A stretch of DNA of 62,613 bases, counting the filler, from Choristocarpus tenellus KU-1152 (lineage: Eukaryota; Protista; Phaeophyceae): NCBI GenBank assembly GCA_964200185.2. It is 10 parts of 10 records of this genome, joined end to end, with 100 filler letters (N's around TTAATTAATTAA, not from the genome) between each part and the next. Parts side by side here need not be neighbours in the genome. Positions count along the whole stretch, not along the records: positions 32,084 to 40,494 come from CAXNAD020004744.1; positions 40,595 to 43,926 come from CAXNAD020020743.1; positions 44,027 to 46,888 come from CAXNAD020024130.1; positions 46,989 to 49,873 come from CAXNAD020023931.1; 6 more parts are not named here. One strand, given 5' to 3'. The notes beneath the pieces are model-generated. The model saw nothing but the letters and a program-made list of their open reading frames with translations. It had not been told where the DNA came from and did no database searches. Below, piece after piece: positions 37,130 through 49,973 of the stretch (position 1 is the stretch's first letter; the number at the start of each line of letters is the position of its first letter). A program made the translations under genes and the position numbers.

Positions 37130-38141
37130 TCTATTTACTATTTTACTATCAGCTATGCTACACCACTCCCCTCCTATGCCTCCAACCTAGCTTAGCCCTA
37201 CACCACAGGGCGAGGAGCTAGGGAAGCATCCCAAGAATCTGACAGGCCTCTCCTTGTCCATCTCCCTGATGTCTCCAGCTTATACTGCACGACCCTTCTT
37301 TATAGAGCCACTTGTGTTGTGACGGACACTATCTGTCGTAAATGGGATTTGAGAGCTCCTTTCCTGCTGTAGCCTCCCGCCCCTCTCCCCTCTACTGAGT
37401 GCGTAGCCAACTCCTTCAGAATTGTTTTGCTTGCTGACCGAGGCGCCCAAATGTTCCACCGTGAAGGTGTTGAGGTTACAACTTTGAGGGTCAAAAGAAC
37501 CCTCTTAGTGGGTGCGCTTTCACGCCTCAGCTGTAGCAGCAGTTACACCATTGCTGGTGGATGAATGTAGCAGATGGGAGGCTGCTTGCACTTCAGCAAA
37601 CGTAACATCTGGAGGATCTTAATCCTGGTAGGGAGCTGATCCGGCGTCCACCACGAGTACCCCAGCATGGAAGACCAGATCGACGAGGAAATTTCTGTCC
37701 ACTGTGGATGGGTAACCACCCTCCATAGTGCAAGGGGTGCCCATTCCTTTGCAGAGTTGACCTAGACGCTTCACCATTGGTGTGTGTTGGCGTACCTGTC
37801 CCCCTACCCTAGGGTAGGTACGAGCATGTCTGCACCCAACCGCTGGGCACCTGTCGGATAGGGCTTCCTCTCTCCCTAGGGATCTGCCGGTGGAGAGTCT
37901 AAGCTCTATGGGAGGGATCTGGCATGCTGATTCCAGGGGTTGTGTGGAGGCCCATGCATTTTCCCCTTTTCCACACTGGCTCCGATGGCAGGCCAGGGCT
38001 AGCAAGAACTTTTGCACCCTTGTTTTGCATCTTCTGGTAGTTCGCCTAGTGCATTCGGAGAGAGTCAAACCAGATGCTCTTCAGGAGGCAGGTGATCTTG
38101 TGTTGTCCCCTCCTTGTGATCGTGGCATGATGGGCTGCTAG
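37130..38141 (-). mobile_element. 3' remnant of an RLE-type (restriction-like endonuclease, CRE/R2-like) non-LTR retrotransposon
   Basis: A degenerate zinc finger (C...HARTYPRVGGQVRQH) is followed by DLVF...DVTF...AATAEA*KRTH*...FTVEHLG, the typical RLE nuclease arrangement, with several stops. Confidence 0.6.
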
Positions 38142-38575
38142 TATGTACATAGTCAAACGAAAACTAATGCACAATGTAGATGTGAAGCGGAATGTAGTTG
38201 TAAATATGCTCAGGCACCCCTCCTACCATTCTAAGTCCAACTTCTACATAAGTTGAGCATTGTTCTTGTTGAACACTGTGGAGGGGATGGTTGTTGACTC
38301 AAAGTGTTCTTGATTTGTTTGATGGTCTCTGAGAGGGTTCTATTCTAGCCTGTGATGTCGTCATTATACGTTTAGAATTTCCTGTTATCCACTTTTTCTT
38401 GTCACGCACAGCTTCCTTCCCAGTGCAGATCACCCCTTTGACCCATACTCAAGTCATTGCCCTTCAGTACCCTCATCATGACCATAAATAGTAGTCAGTA
38501 GCCAATCGTGGTAGCTGTCGCAAGTTGAGGCACAGGAGCACAAAGTAACAGAATTTTATTATTATCTTAACAATA

Positions 38576-40236
38576 TTTTCCTCCGTGTCATAAGTCTGTG
38601 CTATGTTGTCCATAACTTTTGAAGATGATGAAATTCATTTCTGAAAGAAGATTTGGAATCCTTGACGAATTTCTGGTTAGGGTCAGCTCTTGTTATTATT
38701 ATTACTCCCCATCCATCACAATTTTGTCAGCCACAGAAAAAGCCTCCATGTCTACCTTTGGCGTGGTTTCAAGTTCACCAGACAACTGCCTCTTCCTTAC
38801 CCCTGTGTGCTCCATACTGAATTAATTCCCCCCTTTGTATCTAAGTACTTGATTGTACACCGCAAAAATGAGCTGCCAAGCCCTCTCAAGTTTGGTTTCA
38901 TCATGCTCCTCATACTGTTTCTTAATGACCTTCATCGTCTCCTCTATGAACCCAAACCGCTCCCTCATCCCCCAGTATTTCAAAGACCTGAAGAAGCACA
39001 AGCCCATTATATTGAGGTTGGTGGAGTTAGATAACCGTGTCACAAGCACAATTAACCACCCCTCAGTCTTCCCTGCCCCTGACAAGAGTTTTGAGTTGAC
39101 CTTGCCCGTGTGGGGAGTGGCACCGTCTTGCTGAACGACAATGTGTTCCCCTGCAGGCAGTAACTCCTCCGTGTGCCACTTGCTGTACCACAAATTGTCT
39201 AAAGTACAGTCCTGCTCATACACATCCTCCTTTTTATGGTTTTTGCTTGTCCTGTCAGCCATTTTTGGCGCACAACACGCCAAACACTAACCTTTCAATC
39301 AAAGCTGTGAGTCGAATCTGGGTAGGTGTTGGCTGCAATGATCATGATTTTGGGGATATGACTCTTATGCTGCACAGTAGGGGACCCTGGAAGGTCGCTA
39401 TCATCCTCATGAAGAAACACCCCAGCCCTTTCCCCATCAGCCATCACGTAAAACCAGGCTTCAGCCAAATGGATCGTGTTCGCCATGGGGATGTACATAC
39501 CACGTTTCCAGTCCACTTGATTTTGAGTCCATTCTCCATACGTTTTGCCACGATTTTAAGCTTGGGTTTGATCCAGCGGTCATTTGGTATGTCCCCCATA
39601 TCATCCAGCGACCTGTTTATGGTGCTCGTCCAATAATTCGGGCCCTTGGCAGCCATCTTCATTGTCACCTGAGGCACTGTGGGTGACGGATTATCGGAGT
39701 TGATACTATGTATTGCGACCATCTTGGTCGATGTGAGCTCCGAAGGCCACCCACTACATGCCGCCATCCCTAGGTCAAGCGTGTGCCCACGGGCGAGCTG
39801 ATCAGCGACATCCTCCAGGAGCCCTTGCATATAACTCTCGGACACTCCGAACTCCGCTGCAAGGGCCTGCCCAACTTGTTGTGGCAGTTTATGCTCACCA
39901 GGGACCATTGCGAGTGCGTGCTTCCCTACAAGTGCAACCCTTATATTCAGGGACGCTTGGGCACCCTTCCTACTTGGGGGGTCGACGGGGAGGTTGCCAT
40001 GCTGACGTTCTGACCCTGGACGTGCCCAGTTCTGACCTCAAAATCACGCCAAAAGACCACTACTTTGACGGCTTGAAGCACCTCGAGTTTGTACCTGATG
40101 ATCCTGGACCCCCACCTTTTCTGAACGCTGAGATTGTCAACCGTATTTCATTCTGTGGGGTTATCATCCGATTCGGCGCCATTCTTGCTCAGCGAGCCCA
40201 GATGTTTTTTGGCACAAACTTATGGCACAGAGGTAG
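38576..40236 (-). mobile_element. Tc1/mariner DNA transposon, plant-type DD39D-like; full length (about 1.66 kb) with a pseudogenised transposase
   Basis: Terminal inverted repeats (left ...cctccgtgtcataagtctgtgc, right ggcacaaacttatggcacagaggtag) are flanked by TA. Frameshifted ORFs 39908-39444, 39516-39295 and 39283-38822 carry WIKPKL, H.[D]EAWFY, KSHIPKIM, VQQDGATPH, NS.NLNI..LCFF and KGGN. Confidence 0.88.
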
Positions 40237-40642
40237 TATCATATGATCATTCTTAACATTTGTTTGGGACTGTCCTGACCGGTGGTTGGAGGTAATAGAA
40301 ACGCTGGATTATCGTTTAAATGAACTAATTCTGACTGGTGTCAACAACCTTGGAGTTCGTTGCACTTCCTTCTTATCCGCCATTGTGGCGTGGCCCTACA
40401 TCTCTGGTGACGCCCCAAGCACAGATCAGCGTGAGTACCACCGATATGGGCCCCGGGTTTGTGTGATGGGGGGTGATGAGAACCACCGGAGATGNNNNNN
40501 NNNNNNNNNNNNNNNNNNNNNNNNNNNNNNNNNNNNNNTTAATTAATTAANNNNNNNNNNNNNNNNNNNNNNNNNNNNNNNNNNNNNNNNNNNNCCCCCT
40601 CGCGCCTCCCCTCCTTCTACCCTGTGGTCCGCTCCGGGTGCG

Positions 40643-40643
40643 T

Positions 40644-40677
<34 letters not shown>

Positions 40678-40827
40678 CTACACCAGGGTATCAATTTGGG
40701 TCCTGACCAGGAGAATTGAACTTACATTACCCATCCGACGCATGCAACCAACTTCACCTAACAATCGGGACATGGAATAATTGGCCCTGAATGGACAGCC
40801 GTCACCCCCCCCCATATACTTTGAACC
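40643..40827 (+). mobile_element. MITE family A copy (left TIR obscured by a long poly-G)
   Basis: Same internal sequence, with right end ccccatatactttgaacc. Confidence 0.65.
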
Positions 40828-42360
40828 ATCTTATTATTGTTACAATGTATCCTGCATTTTGCAGATATAGATGTTGTCAGGGGGTAGGAGCAACTTGTTG
40901 GGGGGCGCACCGGAATACAAAAACAACAGGGTCGACCACGTTCATGTAGGAGTACATACTACGAAACACTACATACATAATGCAGTATTGTCTGGAGGCA
41001 AACCTGTATCAACCCCCAATAAACGGTAGTTTTGTCTACCACACCTTCATGCAAATGACGAGAAGAACGTTACTTATCCGTAAGCTCGGACATCAAAAAC
41101 TTATGTCAATTGCACATCCTTCCAACCCAACCTCGCATATAGCTGTGTGTATATTTAACACAATTTCAGCTATACCGTAAAAGTTAAATGGTAGAGCCAG
41201 GAGTTTTGGTGGCCTCCACCTCATTTCAATGGACCAGGTCTCAACAGACACTCTACAGATACAACCATACCCACCCCTGAAGATAGAGTTAACCTACCCC
41301 TTCACCTCGTATGTAATGTAAGATGCCCAAACTACGATTGCAGACCTCGGATCTTAGATGATTGACCCGTCATACGAATCTCATTATTGTAAGTCTTCAG
41401 GTTCTTTCAGAAATATAACACACCTTTCCTCTACTGTTAGTTCATATTTTTCTAGACCATCAGCATTACTGGATCGTTTTCAGTCAACACATACATTCTC
41501 GGCACAGACAGGAGAATGCATCTGCCATGGTTTTATTTATTTTATCACTCCCTCTCCATAATAAGTACAACAATATCACAATAGTAGGATCCCAAAAAAG
41601 AAATGGGAAGTGGTGGTAATAGTGTGTCGTATTGCGCCTGGCACATTGGGGAAGCATTGGGAGAGTGGAGAACCAACCAAAAAAAGAACCGCGAAAATTT
41701 GAGGCGAAACTGACATTTTGCAATTTGAGAAAGCCTTACGTACTCTTAACGATAACGCGTGAAACATCCCCCTTTAGGGTAGGGATTTCTCGAAATAAGA
41801 AAATCTCGGTTGGGGTTAAAGTTTCAGTACTATCCCACACTTTGCCAATGTTCTAGGCACAGAAGTAGTATGACAGACCATTTCCAGTTTCTATCTCTTT
41901 TTGAGAGTCGTTTGTGATACTGCTCCGAAAATCTTGGGTTAACCTAAATTTTTTCATAGCTTATTATTTTGAGGGCGGCAATGACACAAAAAAATTATCT
42001 CGGAATCCACTCCGATTTTTTTCAATATTCATTCTTATCGATTGTTCCTTTTCCACGTTCATTAGCCCCCAGCACGACCCGAAAGGTTTGTCTGCGAATA
42101 TATACTTTTTAAAAGTGCGATTTTGTGTAGAATCTTCCTTTCTAGGTGTCTTCCTCCCTCTGCTGATCTTGCACCTCACACACCACAACGTCCTGCTACT
42201 GGTTTTGCAAATTACCCACTTTGCCCAAGCAACCCATACAACAACGAGAGTGCGACAGTAATTCGAGGTGCTAGCGGCTTTAAGAACGATATTTGCAAGT
42301 GGGGAATGATTGTTGGTTTGATAAAAACTCACCCTATGATTAGAGTGCGACACAAATATA

Positions 42361-43926
42361 CTACCTCTCTCTGTGCCATAAGTCTGTGCCGCGTTTTCCA
42401 TAACTTTTGAAGATGTTGATGAAATTCATTTCTGAAAGAAGATTTGGAATCCTTGATAAATTTCTAGGTATGGTCAGCTCTTATTATTATTATTATTACT
42501 TCCCATCCATCACAATTTTATCAGTCACAGAAAAAGCCTACATGTCTACCTTCGGCGTGTTTTCAAGCTCACCAGACAACTGCATCTTCCTCACCCCTGT
42601 GTGCTCTACGCTGAAGTGCCATTCCCCCCTTTGTATCTAAGTGCTTGATTGTACACCAAAAAAAGGAGCGGCCAAGCCCTCTCAAGTGTGATTTCATCAT
42701 ACTCCTCATACTGTTTCTTATTGACCTTCACCATCTCCTCAACGGACCCAAACCGCTCCCCCATCAACTGGCATTTCAAAGTCCTGAAGAAGCACAGGTC
42801 TGTGATATTGAGGTCGAGGGAGTAAAGATGGCTGTATAACAAGCATAATCGATCACCCCTTAGTCTTCCCTGCCCCTGACAATATTTCTGAGTTGCCCTT
42901 CCCCGTGTGGGGAGTGCCATCATCTTGCTTTACGACAACACGCTTCCCCTGTAACCAAGGCATCTTGGTCTTGATTGCAGCCAGTTTCTCCTCCGTGTAC
43001 CACTTCCTGTACCACAAATGGTCTAAAGTACAGTCCTGCACATACACATCCCCCTTTTTATGGTTCTTGCTCGTCCTGTCTGCCGTTTTTGGCGCGCACA
43101 CACGCCAAACACCAAACTTTCCATCAAAGCTGTGAGCCGAATCTGGGCGGGCGTTGGCTGCAATGATCATGGTTTTGAGGATATGACTTTTGTGTTGCAC
43201 AGTAAGGGACCCTAGAAGGTCGCTATCATCCTCATCCAGAAATACCCTAACCCTTTCCCCATCAGCCATCACGTAAAACCAGGTTTCATCCGCATGGATC
43301 ATGTTCGCCATTGATGCGTACATACCACGTTGGGCTCAATGTATCTGGGAAGGGGTGGCGGNNNNNNNNNNCCTGATTTTGGTTCAAATGGACACCCTGG
43401 TGTAGACCTCCCCCTCCTCCCAGACACTTTGGGTCTTTCCGGTCCACTTGATCGCAAACAAAGTCCATTCTCCATACCTTTTGCCACAATTTAAGCTTGG
43501 GTTTGATCCAGCGGCGATTCGTCATGGCACCCATATCATCCAACCACCTCTTTATGGTGCTTGTCCTATATTTCAGCCCCTTTGCGGCCATCTTCATTGT
43601 CACCTGATGCAATGTGGATGACCGATTATCGGAGTTGATACTATATGTATTGCGACCATCTTGGTCGGTGTGAGCTCTGAAGGCCGCCCACTACGTGCCG
43701 CCATCCCTAGATCAAGCATGTGGCCACGGACGAGCTGATAGCGATGTCCTCCCAGAGCCCTCACATGTAACGCTGAGATACTCCAAACTCCGCTGCGAGG
43801 GCCGGCCCAACATGTTGTGGCAGTTTATGCTCACCAGGGACCATCGCGAGGGTGTGCCGCAATGCAAGCGGAGCCCTGATATTCAGGGACACTTGGGTAC
43901 CCTTCCTACGCGGGGGGATCAACGGG
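42361..43926 (-). mobile_element. Second copy of the same mariner family, pseudogenised, interrupted by a MITE, right end in gap
   Basis: Left TIR TA|ctacctc..tgtgccataagtctgtgcc, colinear with 38576-40000. Motifs HADETWFY, KQDDGTPHTG and SLDLNITDLCFF. Confidence 0.88.
43333..43435 (-). mobile_element. MITE family A copy nested in the mariner transposase
   Basis: It interrupts the motif cataccacgtttccagtccac, which is continuous in mariner copy 1 (about 39497-39517). Both TIRs are present, with a 10-N gap inside. Confidence 0.75.
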
Positions 43927-46900
43927 NNNNNNNNNNNNNNNNNNNNNNNNNNNNNNNNNNNNNNNNNNNNTTAATTAATTAANNNNNNNNNNNNNNNNNN
44001 NNNNNNNNNNNNNNNNNNNNNNNNNNGTTTTTTTTTTTTTTTTCCTTTTTTTTTTTTTTTCCTTTTGTTTCCTTCTTTTTTTTTTTTTTTTTCCCCCCCC
44101 CCCCCCCCCCTCTCCTGTTTTAAAGAAGAGACCTCTTGCCGCTTCAGTTAGCTCTGAGTGATTTTGGCTCAGTCCAATTATCCGTGTCTGCATACATAGG
44201 AGCAAGGGATTCTTAATTTCCAATTTGAAATGGGGTGCTGTTTCAGTGCGTCGAACCTCATTTGGGGTACTGACACGCCTTGCCTCTTTGATACCATACT
44301 TACGCTGGGTGCCCCCTCCCCCCCCATCTTTGTGATGGTGACTACTCCTAGTATCAATACACAATGAACGGATTACTGTCTGTGTCACTGACATTGTGAT
44401 CACAGTGCACTGAAAAAATCTGAGTTATGAGTGAAGGCTGAATGAAGTCAAGAAGTCCAAAGGATGACACTAGGTAAGGGAGTTAGTTATATATTGTGAT
44501 CATGATCGAGTACATGACCTATTCAGTCCAATGACTTAACTTTTACAAGTGCTGTGCTTTGTTGGCAGGATTCATACCTAGCTTGTTTCTTCCAAGGAGC
44601 TCACTAAGACAAGCAATACTTTTATGACTATGAACAACAAATTTGTCTTCCTGAGTGCACAACTTACCTCTTGGTATCATGTGGATACTCCTGATGAATC
44701 TTCTCAGAGTAGTTTCTAGAGATCTATGTATCTCTATATGTATACATGATGTTAAATATTGAGCAACATCAGAGGTTGTGGGATCAAATCCTGGCAGGAC
44801 CGCCTTCCTGACTCCTTACAGCAGGAGGATGAAGATATTTTCAGAGTGATAAGAGGTGTCCAGGAATGATCTCAAGGGGAAATGTGACATTGAGATGACT
44901 TCTCATGGAAAGCATGGAACTTGTGGAATGTCTGCCCTGATGTGGGAGTAGTACAAGCGAAATCAGTTCTATCTCACTTTTTTTTTTTAATGACTAAAAG
45001 CACTCGATTGCCTTGAAATACTCGGAAGTAGATGATGCTACTACGTCCAAGACCCTGCTCCGAACTGCTCATGTATACTACTTTTGGAGTACATACTACT
45101 TACCAATAGTGGATGAAATATATATACGTGCTATTGATTTATGTACCCAGGTGAAAGGGCTCTTAAAACTAAGAAGACAACAGCAAGGCTTGGGAGGCGT
45201 TCACACATACAACCTACATAATTGGGTCAAGAATATGTGCCCCTTGCCTACACACCTGCTCTTTCAACTGCTCTTATCTATGATGACCAGTACCACAGAC
45301 ATTTCGACCCTCTAATCTGTAACTCCAGTATGACGTACATTAATACAACCACTGTAGTAGTACATTAAATCATAAGAGTTAATATCTTCTCAAGTACTAC
45401 CTCTGCTTAACCATCAGTTCCAACAGCTAATAGTCTGCTGTTCTCGACTCTCAGAATTTGATGCTGAACACAACAGGGAGTGGGTATTTTATGGAGAAAA
45501 ATAACATTCAAGGGTGTGGAGAGAATTGCTCCAGAACAAAATCTATATTCAGGTGCCCATCTTATCGTAGCTGCTCAAATACAACACCCGTGAATTAAGG
45601 AGTCATTCTTGTATCGTATCTCCTCTCTTTTCAAGCCATTCTATCTTTTAGAGGGGTGTGTGTCTTTGAGTAAATTTGGGTCCTCGCAACTGCATTCTGA
45701 TTCATGTGCATCTAGCACTCTGGAGGGTAATCTCGTGGTTAAATAGACACATGCCTATCTTGTTTTTTACAGTCACAGCCTCCCAATGTGGGTTAGCTGC
45801 ACTTTAGGCATGTGAGTGGGGTGTCAGGCAGGAGGTTTAACCCTCCTCCCCAGGTGCTCGAGGTGGTCTAAAATAGACTCCCCTCCTAGATAGGATGGCG
45901 CTTCAACTCTATAGACAAAGCAAGTCACTATCCCCTATCAATTCAACCTATTCAGGCAAGTAACAGAGTATCAAGTTAACAATCACCAAAAATCACACAT
46001 CTACCAGCATGGCAGGAGAGATAATGCCCAAGAGCAACATTATGAATCATCATCACCTAAGGAGGGGGATATTATAGCACCATATACATAATATATGGTT
46101 AGGGTTAGGGTTAGCACCAGTTACAAGGGTCTCTATAACTGCCTTGTGGAACACACGTTAAGAACACTGTGAAGGACACTTCTAATAAAAAAGCATGTGT
46201 CCACAGTCAATCTTCATCTACAGTCACACCCTAACCCTAATCCCCAACAGGGGTTGACCGTGTTTCAGGCATGGGTGTGGTGTATTACTACTATGCAAGG
46301 TTCAAAGAGGCCTTGAATTTAGAACACTAAAAAAATTTGAGCCTCCTCTTAAAGATTCCTCTTTTTTCACCTTCAGATATAGATATCTTTTTTAAGGACA
46401 TGCACTGTGTCCAAACTTGGACCAGCTCAGTCAGCCCATGCCTGTCCCAATCCTGAAAATCAATTGTCGTAGAAAGACGGCACAAAATGCACAAAGAGCT
46501 TTCCACTGCTGCATTACAATTGTAATTCGATAAAAGCCTGGTCCTCTACCAAAACCAGGAAAAAGAAACAGTCCAAAATTGCTCACTCAACTCGTAGCTA
46601 AAAGCAAAATGTGTTTTTTCCACCATGCTATTATGGGAATGATAGGGGAATGGTCGTCACTCCTTGACGGAATATTCCACACTAATCACCACTAACCTTT
46701 AAGCATGACGGCCAAGACGTCTCGCCTCCTTCATTAAAATAACTAAACACCATTCCAACAAGACAAAATCCAAGATAGTGGCATCGAAATCACTGACAAG
46801 CAACAATTCTCTCCCCTACCCCCCCCCCAACCCTAGAAACCCCCCCGCATCTCTATTTCAAATGGTGCAACAAGGTCCTGCATACTCCNNNNNNNNNNNN

Positions 46901-48687
46901 NNNNNNNNNNNNNNNNNNNNNNNNNNNNNNNNTTAATTAATTAANNNNNNNNNNNNNNNNNNNNNNNNNNNNNNNNNNNNNNNNNNNNGGGGGGGGAGTC
47001 CACTCTTGAGCCCATGCTGTGTTGAAGCAGAGCTTCCCGTCCAGGAGGCAGCCTTTACCATATGATTTGAAGGGATGTTGCCTATGCCATATTTTTGTGT
47101 TATATGGTATGTATATTATTTTGTTACGCAGTATAAACCTGAAGTTTGCCAAGATTGCTGGCTCAATGGTGTACTGAACCCTCGTGAGCATCGAGGTCCC
47201 TTGTACAAGTAGGTATGTTTTGTATAATATGTTCATTGAGGAGACATGTTTGTACTTGCTACCTTGCTTTTTGAGTCACAGACCAATTTAGAGCTAGACA
47301 GGGTTGCATTTTAAGGATCCCGAGAATGGGGAAAAAAAACAATTTTGTACAATTGCAGAAAGAGCATTTCCTAAATTGTGGTGTCACATTTGTGTGGAAA
47401 GGGGAAGTATCAATTTTGCGTACAACAAATGCGCACATAAAGCAATGAAATAGAACATATTGTACAGGGTAAGAAAGGCAGCTTAGATTGCAAAAGGTCC
47501 AAACCTGCCTTCCTCTCGATTGATTTGGCACTTTTGTAAAGCGGGTAATTAATTTTTTTTTTTCATTGGGTTGTCCTGTGGAGATCTACACAGAAGCTGA
47601 CCAGTTTGTACCTACACTGGAGAAGCAATGAGTGTGGTTGATTGTGTATATCTTGTATCTGCCTTTTTTCTTTCATGCGCTCATGACTGTGGACCTAAGC
47701 AGGTACGGTTTTGTTTTCATATTTTAGTCCTTGAGCCCAGAGCTAACAGGGGAAAACTTCAGACCATTATAGATTTTATTATAACAATTATGACGTTTTA
47801 AAAATTTGAGTGGATTACAATTGATTCAGTCTTCTCTTTAGTTGATTATATTTAAATTTGGCCAACTGAAGCAAGCTGTCAAACGTTCTGTAATAGTTTG
47901 GGGGAATTTGAAAGTAATCTAATGAATGGGACGCTGAATCAGCTATAATCCCCTTTTGCCCTTATGGTTTGGTAATTGTAATAATGTATGATCTCTGGTC
48001 AATTTTTTTCCCTTCTTAGCACCTGACCCAACATTGTCTATATCTATTTTTTTTTGTGAACTTGTGGTTGATGATCTGTTGTGCAAGTAATTGTCCATTA
48101 GTTTAGATTTGGGGGAGGGGGGTCAAGGGTTTTGCATCCTTGCTCGTGTATTTTGGTGTGTATGTGACTAGTTCTTCATGCCTCTGGTTTTTGTGTATGT
48201 TGAGTTGCTGTTCATGTATCTCCACTGTTCTATATGGTGGATGCTTGCTCCCTGAGTACCTGGCCAGATCTGTGCGGATGTGCTGAGAGGCATTGTGTCT
48301 GGTTCTCTCAATCGTGAACCCTTTCAGATGTTATGTCCCCACAGCAAACAAAGTTTTCCATCTTCCTGGTATATGTGTCAAGAACTCGTGCAAGGTAGAC
48401 ACTTATTTTCTTAGCTGTTTGCCAGTCGTCTTCAATGTCTTCTTGAAAGTGGAATTTTTGGGGTCTTTATGCATTTATTTCCATGCTCTTTCCTGGTCCT
48501 CTGAGGCTTCCAGGAAGTTTGTTGAGGTTGCCTTAATCCTGTAAATTACACTGTTGGATAATCTACAGTGAAACTACCTACACTAAATCACGAAGCTTGT
48601 GGTGTTTAGAATGATTTAATCCGTAGATGCACTGACCAAAAGCTCCTCAGTTACTGTTAAGTCACTTACACACTACCCCCCAGGGAA

Positions 48688-49760
48688 CACCCCCCGTGAA
48701 GGGAGGTGGGAGGACCTCTGAGGAGCTTCCGACATTGAATTTTTTGGAAATGCGATGTTGACATTGGCAAGTACATCAGCTGTCTCTTGGGTTGGTGCTG
48801 CCTCTTCTGCATAGATTATTCCAGCAGCCATACTGCCTGGTCATGTTACTGACCCACATCATCCCCCCAACTGGCTCACAAAAAGGGCAATCCTCTGACA
48901 GGGTATCTCCCCCCCTAATTACCAGCTTTCTGGAAGGGGCAGCAGGGATGGGACTTGTTGATTGGGTGGGAAACCGTTCACACAAACTGCGAATTTAGTT
49001 AGTCTGGGTAATGGAGAGGGTACCACGCTTCCAATCTCTTCTGTAAGTGCAACCAGAAAACTGAGGCAATAAGCCAAGGTTTTCGGTGGGGAACTCTTCA
49101 TTCAGGGAGGCATAAAGATCGTTGCAATCATCACCAGACGTCAAAACCATCATGTCATCCACATGAACTGAAAGGATTATATTGACAACATCCTTCCTGA
49201 GTCTATATATATACGTGTCAATCAGACACCGCTCAAAACCATTACGCTTGAGGGTGGAAACCAACATAGCATTCCAAGTCCTAGAGGCTTGCTATAATCC
49301 ATACAGGGACCTGTGAAGGCGTATAGTCGTATAGGAGAGATCTCCACATCCCTATCGGAGGTGCATCTACACTTCCTCATCCAAGTCAGATTGAACAAAG
49401 GTCTGCTCTACATCTAGGTGCCACATCCTCAGGTCCAACTCACAAGTCATACTGGCCATTAGCCTAACTGATGAGGTGGAAGGTACGGGGGCAGAGGTTT
49501 CAAAATAATCAACGCCATACTCCTGGCCAGAACCCTGAGCAACTAGCCTAGCCTTTGTCCCACTGAACATCCCAAAACAGTTACCCCTCCATTGAACACC
49601 CACTTGGAACCAATAGCCTTGCGCACCGAGGGTACATCAGCAACACTGAAGGTACCTGTGTAAAATAAACCATCCAACTCCTTGGACATAGCCTCTTCCC
49701 ATACTGGCCAGTATTCAGACTCTCGAGCATCAGCATGAGACTGTGAGGCTGGTCCCAACT
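48688..49760 (-). mobile_element. Ty1/copia LTR retrotransposon remnant (RT region, deleted RNase H, polypurine tract)
   Basis: Frameshifted RT motifs WEEAMSKELDGL, IGSKWVF, KARLVAQG..QEYGVDYFET, LDVEQTFVQSDLDEEV, SLYGL*QASR.W, VHVDDMM and VGGMMWVSNMTR. A PPT-like CACGGGGGG|TG lies at about 48698-48688. Confidence 0.85.
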
Positions 49761-49973
49761 CAGAAAGCGTAAAAGTATCTTAGAGGGTATGTGCTTTGCC
49801 CAGTTTGTCCGTTTGTGACTTGGCGAGTTTTTAATGACATTTTACCTGAGACCCAAAGTATCTGGGAGGGGGGNNNNNNNNNNNNNNNNNNNNNNNNNNN
49901 NNNNNNNNNNNNNNNNNTTAATTAATTAANNNNNNNNNNNNNNNNNNNNNNNNNNNNNNNNNNNNNNNNNNNN

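Noticed and set aside
44762-44805. tRNA gene (gaggttgtgggatcaaatcctggcaggaccgcc)
   Set aside because: Only a degenerate T-arm/B-box-like half is present, with no acceptor stem or D-arm. At most it is a SINE or tRNA relic.
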